Below are positions 1 to 9,200 of a DNA stretch of 34,012 nucleotides, in pieces. The stretch spans positions 52,239,501 through 52,273,512 of the forward strand of contig NC_068983.1 of assembly GCF_001194135.2 (NCBI RefSeq). The letters run 5' to 3'. The stretch is from Octopus bimaculoides. Its lineage: Eukaryota. The stretch's first letter is position 1. Every line of letters begins with the position of its first letter. The translations under genes and the position numbers were made by a program. Under the pieces are notes generated by a model. That model was not told the origin of the DNA, ran no database searches, and worked only from the letters and a program-made list of their open reading frames with translations.

Positions 1-35
<35 letters not shown>

Positions 36-41
36 GTGTGT
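1..41. repeat. (TG)n microsatellite
   Basis: Direct reading; one C interruption. Confidence 0.95.
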
Positions 42-170
42 ATTATTTTGATGGGTAAGAATCATGCTTCATTTTATCCACGTGAAAAGCAAAAATGAAA
101 ATCAGTCGTGGAGTTCATTAACCGTTAGAATTATTTAAATAACCTGGCTGCTAATGAGTGTAATTATATA

Positions 171-338
171 TTCTTTTCTACTCTAGGCACAAGGCCAGAA
201 AATTTGGGTGAGGGGGGGCCAGTCGATTACATCGACTCCAGTACGCAAATGCTACTTAATTTACCCAGCCCGAAAGAATGAATAGCAAAGTCGATCTGGG
301 CGGAATTTTAACTCAGAATATTAAAGACAGACGAAATA
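171..338 (-). mobile_element. tRNA-derived SINE family A, 5'-truncated copy
   Basis: Reverse complement of the family A tail (ttcttttctactctaggcacaaggcc) and body; matches the + copy at 520-732. Confidence 0.85.
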
Positions 339-519
339 TATATATTTTTTAAGCCCTTGACGACATCTCCAGCTGATTTATTCAGTGCACATTTGCAGGC
401 TGAAGAGAGTAGATACCACCCTAGCTCCGAGACCACAAGTTCACGTGATTTCAATTTTATTAAATCGCTTCAGTGGTGGGTGCCCGTACGCCAGGTGTAG
501 CATTATATATAGAATATAA

Positions 520-732
520 GGCGGCGAGCTGGTGGAAACATTGTCACGCCGGGTGAAATGCTTAGTGATATTTCTTCTGTCATTACGTTCTGAGTTCAAA
601 TTCCGCCAAGGTTGACTTTGTCTTTGATCCTTTCGGGGTCGATAAATTAAGTACCATTTGCGTACTGTGGTCGATGTAATCGACTGATCCCCTTCCCCAA
701 GATGTCGGGCCTTGTGCCTAGAGTAGAAAAGA
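520..732 (+). mobile_element. tRNA-derived SINE family A, near full length
   Basis: Starts ggcggcgagctgg (A-box-like), B-box-like gagttcaaattcc at 592-604, central ...cctttcggggtcgataaattaagtacc, tail ccttgtgcctagagtagaaaag; more than 10 homologous copies in this window. Confidence 0.88.
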
Positions 733-1790
733 TTTTATACAGATATAGAAAATACAGTGTAATACAATCAGTGAGTTAGTAACTAGCAAACTAGTCCGTT
801 AGAAAATCTCTTTTCGAGATAGAGGCAGTATAAGAAGCAAAAAGTATATATGCAAGGTGCGTGTGCTACACTTTTTTGCGTAAATTCTTTGGTATACGTT
901 CATATTTCTGACGGGTACATTTAAGGTCTCTCCTTGCCAGAACTGGTTTTACCTTAGTTTTTGCAATGCCAATCTGATTTTAGAAACGTTACCTCTTGAA
1001 GCATATAACAATGCAGCAGTGTAAGTGACTGAAGCCTTATATATCCCTGCCCAAACTATCACGCTTTTTTTAAGAAACCAAATAGTTCGAGCATTATTTA
1101 AATCTACATATTTGCAAGTAAAAAAAATGTAATTAGATGAATATTCAAGAAGTTCAAGTTATATAACGCATATGAATTTATACAAGCAAGGACTTTATAT
1201 ATTTATATATATCCATACAAACTATATATTTATACAAACAAGGAATTTATACAAACAATATTTGTCATATTGTCTATAGAAAAACAGTCGAATAATAAGT
1301 AATGTTTTTATTATTTTGTGCAACCCCTATACATGCTATACATGCATTAAGTATATGGAAATAAATGTCGTGTTCCAGTAATAAAAAGTGATTCCCCATA
1401 AATTCAATGATTGATTCTCACCATGGCAACTTGTAGTTCCACGCGTTTATATGACTGACATGTGTCAAGACCAGGCAAGAGGACAAAATGCTTATGCATG
1501 CCTGTTTGCAATGACTAATTTTTGTCAGCTCTTTTGAAAGCAAGGCACTATATTTTTCAATTATGTTCTAGTGATATGGTTTGTTTGAGATTGTTTAACA
1601 ACGCACGTGTTTTAGCTATGGTGCATGATACACACCTGACAATAAAAGCTTAAAGTGAACGATGTGCTCCGTGTTAATGTTATTGCTATATGGATTTTGT
1701 TTCTATTTATGCCTCTCAGAATGGTTGGCTGTGTTTCTTCTCGTAGGTTAGGAGTTTAAATGTTCAATACAATAATAATAACAAACATAT

Positions 1791-2250
1791 GCCCTGATGC
1801 AATACCAAGAAGTGGCTCTCATTGATTCTGACCTTAAATGATTGGAACTGTTATAATGTACATGTTTAGTCTTGATGTAAAAGATGATCTACTGCAAATA
1901 TTCTGCTCCGTACCACGAATTTGATTGTATGTTGCCTGACCTTAACCAGCTGAGCATGTCCCTTATTAACTGACGAAATGTGCATCTCTGATAGCAAGCA
2001 GAGATAGTTGGGGAGCATCATATTCATGTGTTGAGAGGAATTCTTTGGGTTTTCAATTATTCACACCTGGAAACGTGGATGTTTCATTCATCATCCTTAA
2101 ACAAACTTTATTCAGGTAACTTTTGAGCGATATAGGCTAATTGACATGACTTGCGCCCTCTCTGAAAGGTCATTCGCTGTTTATATTGATATGAGATCAT
2201 CATGTTGTGCACATATGCTTGTGATGCATGTGGCTAGGGTACCATTCTCG
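1791..2250. repeat. Unclassified interspersed repeat abutting the PLE fossil
   Basis: Recognised from memory as a common octopus repeat (gccctgatgc...atgtgttgagaggaattctttggg...catccttaaacaa); no second copy in the window to confirm. Confidence 0.35.
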
Positions 2251-2252
2251 TC

Positions 2253-3160
2253 CTACAATTCAGATCTAAGATTAATTTTCGGGCTGTAGTTCGAAATTGA
2301 AATACCTTCTATTCTCATTTTCAAATATCTGTTTCTTTAGCTTCAATAGAAACTTGATTTTCTTTAGTGTGGCATTCCCCAAGCTGTTCTTTCTTATTTC
2401 CTCACAGACGAAACAATAGCATAGAGATTTCTCTAGTCTTTCTGCGAACTTGTCTAGTAGAATTCCGATCTAGAATTAATTACATTCGCTGCTTAAGATT
2501 TTATATACCATGTAGGATGGCAGATATATATTTTCATCTTTGATCAAGTAGTTGGGCAATACGCATTATGTGTTGTTTTGTCTTGGGCTGATTTTAGTTA
2601 GCACCCTACTCTGGGGAGCCAGAGAGTGTACTATCCATATATTCAATCCTTCCTCATGGATCACACTGCGGATTACAACAGTTGCATTTTATGTTCGTCA
2701 CAATGTAGCAGTCTCAAGAAGAGAAAAAAACGTGTGATCCTTAGAAGTGTAGGTTTTGTTAGGTGGTCTGACGATGTCCTTGCGTTTGGTAAAAGTAAAA
2801 GAGCATGGATAGCCATTCGCCATCAGTAGTTTTTGGAATTACGTGATGTTGGAGGTTTTGCTTTCAGCTTAGCTGCCTTTACTTCGTGTTCACTCCTAAT
2901 GAAGGCCGTCTTAGCTCTGATGGGCACAGGTCGATTATAACATATAAGCATACATCTGCATGTCGCTTTTATCTCCGTAAATGTTAGAGGAGTTGGATCC
3001 GTTCTCTATAAATGTGAATCAAAAATCAAGAAGAAATAAGGAACTTTTGTTATTGGGCTGCTTCACTTCAAACTCTATATGTTTATCGATATTGTTGCAC
3101 ATATTATATATTTGAACATCATCCACGAACTCCCGGCTGTATGTGTAACTGTACAATTCC
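2253..3160 (-). mobile_element. Decayed Penelope-like retroelement (RT C-terminus plus GIY-YIG endonuclease)
   Basis: Manual minus-strand translation with stops and frameshifts: FVDD (3129-3118), NNIDKHIEFEVKQPNNKSSLFLLD, PIRAKTAFIRSE, KLLMANGYP, VYKILSSECN*F*IG (2508-2464), TRQVRRKTRE, KMRIEGISISNYSPKINLRSEL* (stop 2255-2253). Order and spacing fit PLE RT followed by GIY-YIG. Confidence 0.8.
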
Positions 3161-4602
3161 TCTACTCCTTTCTTCTAAAAACATTCAGTAATTATTCTTT
3201 TCGATTACCATATTACTAATTATATTGATAATTTAAGTAAATTTAATTCTATTCTTTAGGTACACCCTGTCTTTTCCAATGTCAGCATTTGCCGCTGCGT
3301 ACAATAATGATACATCGTAGTAACTTAATTAATATTAATGTAATTTTATTGTAGCATTTTCGCTGCTATAGTTTTCAGTGGTAACTTATTCAGTATCTGC
3401 TTTTATTAGTAGTGAATATACGTTGCCTCTTTTTTTATATTTCAATAAATAAATTTTCTTCCTATTTTTCTAATATTATGTTTTCAAATATATACAGACT
3501 CATCCATTTTTCTCAGAATGAATTTAGATCTAAATTTTATCGAAGTATCTCAAACATTTTGCAATGAACCGACAAGATCGTTGATCGTATTATCAATCAG
3601 GAATCGAAATGTTTAACGCCATATAAAGCTAATCTAATTCTCATATCTATGTATGGAAAAAATATAATTCCTTTCTATGTCTAATATATGAAGTTACTAT
3701 AGAATCAGCAATAGAAATAATCATGTCCTTATAAGGACAGGAACTACGCATAAAAATAATAGTTTGGTTTTTGTTTTCATAAATTCTAGAAGTCTTATAT
3801 CGGTGAGTTTCTGACTTGGTTAGTTATGGAACTTTCTCTGTTGTTGCACTTGTTATGCTGTTGCTCGTTTCTTAGTCCTCGTTGTTACTACTTCATATAG
3901 TTTCATACATAATTAGCACAGCGATCGTACCGCATTCAAAATCAAATGGAGCCTATTTGGATAAGTTAGCAAAATATTTATACTACTTACAATAAACATT
4001 GCCAAAACGTCACATATTTCGTAAGAAGCCGTATAGAATATTTGGTGCTATAATGAAATACTCTTGATGTAAGAAATAATATTTTAAGTAGTTACATGAG
4101 AGAATACACTGTGAATAGCTGTATATCTTACAGTAATATGCATTTCTCCCAAGTGACATGGCATTATTATTTGACAATATTCTCCATTGATCGAGGTTTC
4201 ACTATTAATCTATGTGATACTTATTTCATTGCTTTACGAGTTAAGTTTTCTTATTAGGTATCTTACATCTACGAAACTGCAGTGGTCGTTTCTTTTGTCG
4301 AAGTAATATAAGTTTGCATTTCAACCATCCTCTGTCGATTGTCTTCATCTCTTTTCATATATTTGTAACTATAAGCCTTATTTTCTTTTCCATATTATCA
4401 AGAAACACGCCGGGCTTCTTCAAATAATATTCGAGATATTTCTGCGACAATTCCGTAGTTACAATTTCTTTTAGTTACAGATCTTTTTTATGCTTTTATG
4501 CCAAGAATGTTATTTAAGGAATACCTAAGATTGCAACTTCTCATTTCTTTCCTATTGGGGCGATATTTTTCGTTGGTATACTGAAATCGATATTCCATCA
4601 AT

Positions 4603-5016
4603 AGGAGTGGCTGTGTGGTAAGTAGCTAGCTTACCAACCACATGGTCCCGGGTCAGTCCCACTGCGCGGCATCTTGGGCAAGTGTCTTCTACTATAGCCT
4701 CGGGCCGACCAAAGCCTTGTGAGTGGATTTGGTAGACGGAAACTGAAAGAAGCCCGTCGTATATATGTATATATATATATGTATGTGTGTGTGTATGTTT
4801 GTATGTGTGTGTTTGTCCCCCCAACATCGCTTGACAACCGATGCTGGTGTGTTTATGTCCCCGTAACTTAGCGATTCGGCAAAAGAGATCGATAGAATAA
4901 GTACTAGGCTTTTAAAGAATAAGTCCTGGGGTCGATTTGCTCGACTAAAAGGCGGTGCTCCAGCATGGCCACAGTAAAAAGACTGAAACAAGTAAAAGAG
5001 TAAAAGAGTAAAAGAG
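4603..5016 (+). mobile_element. tRNA-derived composite SINE family C, full length
   Basis: Head aggagtggctgtgtggtaag...cttgggcaagtgtcttctac, internal (TA)/(TG) tract, tail gctccagcatggcc...gactgaaacaag(taaaagag)n; homologous to 13382-13769 and 32013-32543. Confidence 0.9.
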
Positions 5017-5222
5017 AATGTTGAAATAAAATTCACTTGTCCTCAAGGAAACTTTGAAGGAAATGCATGCTCAAGGATTCCCAGTACGTTTTACACTCTG
5101 TAAACTGATCGGCTAATGACAACATTTGTACAGGCGTTACCCATTTAAAGGTTACCCATGTAATTTGCTAAATTACATGTGAATGGCCACATGTATACAT
5201 GCAAATGTGTGTGTATATATAT

Positions 5223-5695
5223 TTTTTATCTTTTACTTGTTTTAATCATTAGACTGCGCCCAGTGCTTTTTAACCCATTACCTCCCATAATTCTATTAAC
5301 TGGAATTTTGTTTATGAAACTTTGATTTCTAGGATAAAACAGCCTTAGAGACACGCTGGAATGATCAAAATAACATTTCAAAATAACATTTTAAATAGAA
5401 ATAAGCGAGAATTGGGTGAAAAATTAGCAAACCTCATTTGAATATCAGAGAAATATACCTAGTAGATATAGCAAAAACGATAGATATGTGTAAATATTGA
5501 CAGCTAATTACGAAATTTGTAATTTTTAAGTGATCTCATATGAGATCACTAGTAGGTAATGGGTTAAACTTGGTATTTATTCTATCGATATCTTTTGCCG
5601 AGCCGCTAAGTTGCGGGGACAGAAACACACCAACAGCGTTTATTAAACAGTGATGAAGGGAAAACACCCGCACACAAATACACATACACACAGGG
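5223..5695 (-). mobile_element. SINE family C degenerate copy interrupted by a MITE
   Basis: Tail fragment 5223-5268 (cttttacttgttttaatcattagactgcg) and middle fragment 5568-5695 (tattctatcgatatcttttgccgagccgctaagttgcgggg) flank the MITE. Confidence 0.7.
5274..5563. mobile_element. piggyBac-type MITE (290 bp)
   Basis: TTAA at 5270-5273 and 5564-5567 flanking perfect 10-bp TIRs CCCATTACCT / AGGTAATGGG; a TTAA target plus CCC terminus is the piggyBac signature; no coding capacity. Confidence 0.8.
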
Positions 5696-6089
5696 GTTAC
5701 GAGGCTCGGGAGATAATCAAAAATGTTGGGCAAAATTAGGGTTTGTTAATTTGACGTGATTTGATTTTGAGAGAATAACATGTTAGATATGGGTAAGTTT
5801 TGGTTTATATTTTTCAACGAGGTACATTTCCTTATTTAAAAATGCTAGAAATGTTTAAGTTTTGGCTTATATTTTTCAATGAATTAGGTTTCTTTGTATA
5901 ATCTAACTTGTACTGGTGTTCTAAATGCACATTGATAGAATGGAAAGGTTACAAATTGTGGTAGCAGTTGTTTTGCGCATCTGTCAATGTGTTCACTAAA
6001 GGGTATCATTCTGTATTCTGGGAATACAATCTGCTGTCGGTGCAGAGTGCATCTGAGCGATAATCCGGTGGACCCTAATCAACATAGGG

Positions 6090-6430
6090 AGGTCGTGGAC
6101 GTGGTGGTTGTGGCGGCGGCGCTGACGGTGGTAGTAATGAATGTTGCAATGGCTTTGGTGGTGATGAAGGGGAAGAAAGTAGAAGATGACGACGGTGACG
6201 ATAATAATGATGTTGACGATGATGAAAGTAGTGGTGGAGGAGATGGTAGTGACTTGGTGGTGGAAGGAACGCTACTGATGATGAAAATGTTAACGATATA
6301 GTATTATATAAATATAATATAAATTAATAATAATAATATAACAATATAATATAAATTTTAGATAGTATATTATTGTTATGATGATTATAATAATAATAAT
6401 AATAATATAATGGTAATAATAATAATGATG
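6090..6430. repeat. Decayed (GGT)/(GAT) and (AAT) trinucleotide low-complexity tract
   Basis: Direct reading; explains the V/D-rich ORF 5987-6301. Confidence 0.8.
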
Positions 6431-6433
6431 ATA

Positions 6434-6717
6434 CAGTTCTATATTTAAGAGATGAGAAATTATGTACATTATTTACATTATTTATGCCCGTGGGCATATA
6501 GTGTAGTGGCTAAGAGCGCGGGCTACTAACCACAAGATTCCGAGGTCGATTCCAGGCAGTGACTTGAATAATAATAATAATAAAAACATCGAAAAATACC
6601 TTAGGAATGAGAACCCAGGTTCGAAATTTCCCCACGACACCTGAAGGTTGGAGGGTATATCAGCCGAAACGTTGTGTTAACAACAAACAAGATGAGGACA
6701 AATATCCGTCAATTATA
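6434..6717 (+). mobile_element. Family H element (tRNA-like head plus hammerhead motif), solo copy with inverted 3' tail
   Basis: Body 6486-6717 is homologous to 8630-8886. 6434-6478 is the reverse complement of the family 3' tail. Flanked by direct repeat AATAATGATGATA (6421-6433, 6718-6730). Confidence 0.85.
6637..6677 (+). ncRNA. Minimal type-I hammerhead ribozyme motif, core damaged
   Basis: ACAC-CTGAA[GAA deleted relative to the 8.8 kb copy]-GGTTG gagggtatat CAGCC-GAAAC-GTT-GTGT. Helix I ACAC/GTGT, helix II 5 bp with one GU, palindromic ACGT in place of helix III. Confidence 0.6.
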
Positions 6718-7898
6718 AATAATGATGATATAATACAATAATAATATAACATAAATCTCTAATATATCACTAATACAATAATGATAATAATAGTATAATA
6801 TATTATAATATAACATGAATCTATAATGACAAACAGCACAAAACCCCAGTAGACACAATATCTTCAATCAACAACCTCACGAAATTGTATACCATGCGAC
6901 GTCTATAATAATGATGAGGAAGAGGAGGGGGAGAATAAGAAGAAGGAGAAGATTAAGAATAATAAGAAGAAGAAAAAAAAGAATATAATTATATAATATA
7001 ATATAGAGATAATGTAATATAAAACAATGTATCACTTCATAGGAGGAACTTTAGAATTTTCCTAGAATTCATTCGTAAATTAATCATGAGCAAGATTAAA
7101 TATTTGATAATAATTTCTCTTTGCAGCGTAAATTTCCTCTCTATGTTATTGTTCGTAATAGAATATCAAAGACTTATTTTCCAAAACATACAACATCATC
7201 GAATGGTAACTCTGTTAGGAGAAGCAGTTTCAGCCAAACACGTTTAAGCACGCTATTTTTCGCTGCTTGTAAGGTGTAAGAAAGATTTATATCCTATGCT
7301 TTGAACGCATTATAACGCCTAGTACTATGGACATATGAAGATATAAATGAGTGAAGCGGTTAGCACATGTGAAATTCTACGTAGCATGTATTTAGCACCA
7401 AATTTTATACTAATGTCAGATAAGATGATGGAACTGGCAGAAAATTTATCAAAACCTTCAAAGTCCAGAGAGTGTAAGGAGAAATTTCTTAAGTGATAGC
7501 AGCATTTTATTTGGTCTAATGAAAACACGATAGAGTTTAATAGCGACGTAACTTGTAATTCTATTTATGTGATTGAAACAGTCCAATTCACAAGTCAGCT
7601 GCTAATTGGTCAATTCTTTGATTTAGTTTATTGTTTTGATGAATTAAGAAATAAAATAAGCATAATGCAATATTGAATGTGAAAAATAAATGGTGAGAAA
7701 TTATATTAATGAGGCAAATTTCAAATCATGCTTTTCGTGTTATAATTTTAATGTTTAGCACTACAGCTACAAGTCACTCATCAGAAATCTCATAGGAATA
7801 ACTGAATTCGTTGTGCGAAAATAAGCATGAACTGCATGGGGGTGTAAATGTAATAGTTGATCTACTGATAATATACATCCATCTTAACTGCATATATG

Positions 7899-7917
7899 AT
7901 AATAATAATAATAATAA

Positions 7918-7948
<31 letters not shown>

Positions 7949-7980
7949 AAGAAGAAGAAGAAGAAGAAGAAGAAGAAGAA

Positions 7981-8012
<32 letters not shown>

Positions 8013-8016
8013 AGAA
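7899..8016. repeat. Compound (AAT)n(GAA)n microsatellite
   Basis: Direct reading; source of the poly-K/F/L ORFs. Confidence 0.95.
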
Positions 8017-8266
8017 AGAGTTTAAACAAAGAGCTGAGGAGGAGAGAAAAGAAGACCTTCTTGAAATGAAAATGCATGGACAGTTTGAAAGGAATGAACA
8101 AGATGTTAAGGATAATACAGCATCGTGGGCATGGCTTGAGTGAGGTGATTTGAAGCGTTCCACCGAAAGCCTGATCATTGCTGCACAGGACCAGGCTGAT
8201 GCTACCAATTCAGTGAAGCATAACATCTATAAAACTTCTGACACTCAGAAATGCAGAGCCTGTGGA
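8017..8266 (+). mobile_element. R4/Dong-like non-LTR retrotransposon internal fragment (post-RT region to start of zinc knuckle)
   Basis: One frame with a single stop: KMHGQFER..SWAWLE*GDLKRSTESLIIAAQDQA..TN..K..I....KCRACG, matching the R4-clade pattern HGQF..W.WL..G.LK.ETE..I.AAQDQA followed by CxxC. Confidence 0.8.
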
Positions 8267-8274
8267 TGGGAGAG

Positions 8275-8606
8275 CTGCTCATATCTCCTTCGGGTAAAAC
8301 CACCAATAAATGAGAATATGACCAAAGACTGCGTGTACTCCATCCCAAAATAAGGGTAGACGAACATAATAAACCTGTGACATGAGGAAACATTGATAAA
8401 TCGGGTATAGCTGATCTGGTATGGAAAAATGGTGACCACCTCCCCCTGTGGGATGAAGAGACAGAGAACACCACTGGAAAATACGAAAACTAAAAGAAGC
8501 AGCACATATGCTAGGACACAACAACCTCCTAAGCAGACCGGGTGCAGATATGAACAGCATATGGGAACCGGTATTAAGAAAGGATAGAAAAATATTAGAT
8601 TTATAA
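8275..8606 (+). mobile_element. Penelope-like element GIY-YIG endonuclease 3' fragment
   Basis: Across two frameshifts/deletions: VKPPINENMTKDCVYSIP / KIRVDEH..KSGIADLVWKNGDHLPLWDE / DREHHWKIRKLKEAAHMLGHNNLLSRPGADMNSIWEPVLRKDRKILDL* (stop 8604-8606). The CxC..YxG segment is deleted. Confidence 0.78.
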
Positions 8607-8629
8607 GCTCTAAAATTCACTCCATAATT

Positions 8630-8886
8630 GCCCACGGGCATATGGCGTAGTGGTTAAGAGCGCGGGATACTTACCCCTAGATTTCGAGTATGATTCTACG
8701 CAGTGACCTGAACAATTATAATAAAAACATCGAAAAATACCTTAGGAATGAGAACCCAGGTTCGAAATTTCCCCAAGACACCTGAAGAAGGATGGGGGGT
8801 GTATATTAGACGAAACGTTACGTTAACAACAAACAAGATGAGGTCAATATATATACAATGTACATAATTCCTCATCTCTTAAATAC
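8630..8886 (+). mobile_element. Family H element (tRNA-like head plus hammerhead motif) directly behind the PLE ORF end
   Basis: A-box TGGCGTAGTGG (8643-8653); shared aacatcgaaaaataccttaggaatgagaacccaggttcgaaatttcccc with the 6.5 kb copy; CTGAAGA...GAAACGTT; tail tgtacataattcctcatctcttaaata. Confidence 0.85.
8778..8824 (+). ncRNA. Minimal type-I hammerhead motif, core intact but helices degenerate
   Basis: ACAC-CTGAAGA-A-GGATG...TAGAC-GAAAC-GTT-ACGT; helix II and the helix I 3' strand are mutated relative to the 6.6 kb copy. Confidence 0.55.
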
Positions 8887-9139
8887 AGGTGGAGGTTGAG
8901 TTAACCTGTGATCACAACCGTTAGTCGAATAGGTATCCCGTAAAATATTCTGGTTGTGCACACAAAGCAAAAGAAGACACCTCTACGGATATTTAACGCC
9001 TGCTGTAATGAACTGGCATTTACCCATCACCTGTTATTATTCATTTGTTTATATGTGTGTGCATATATGTATATAGTTATACTTGGGGATGGTCATCTGT
9101 TGCCAAATAAACACATGCACTATTTATTTGATCTTCACT

Positions 9140-9200
9140 CATTATTATTATTAGTAGTAGTAGTAGCAGTAGTAGTAGTAATAGTAGTAATAGTAGCAGC
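9140..9200. repeat. (TAT)n(TAG)n microsatellite
   Basis: Direct reading. Confidence 0.9.

Noticed and set aside
4552-5036. ORFs such as EAIVEDTCPRC (recurring at 32185-32729)
   Set aside because: Chance translations of SINE family C; recurrence reflects the repeat, not a protein family.
5987-6301. 104-aa V/D-rich ORF as a gene
   Set aside because: Explained by decayed GGT/GAT repeats; no domain or splice support.
6486-6565. Functional tRNA gene
   Set aside because: Acceptor stem is not complementary, an ACT anticodon is atypical, and it is embedded in a dispersed repeat; treated as a SINE head.
7325-7528. Possible hAT dimerisation-domain remnant (FSLDQIK..LRN)
   Set aside because: Only a few matching residues; no ER motif, TIRs or further transposase sequence.
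7774-8226. Poly-K/F/L ORFs
   Set aside because: Read-through of (GAA)n; only the R4-like part is meaningful.
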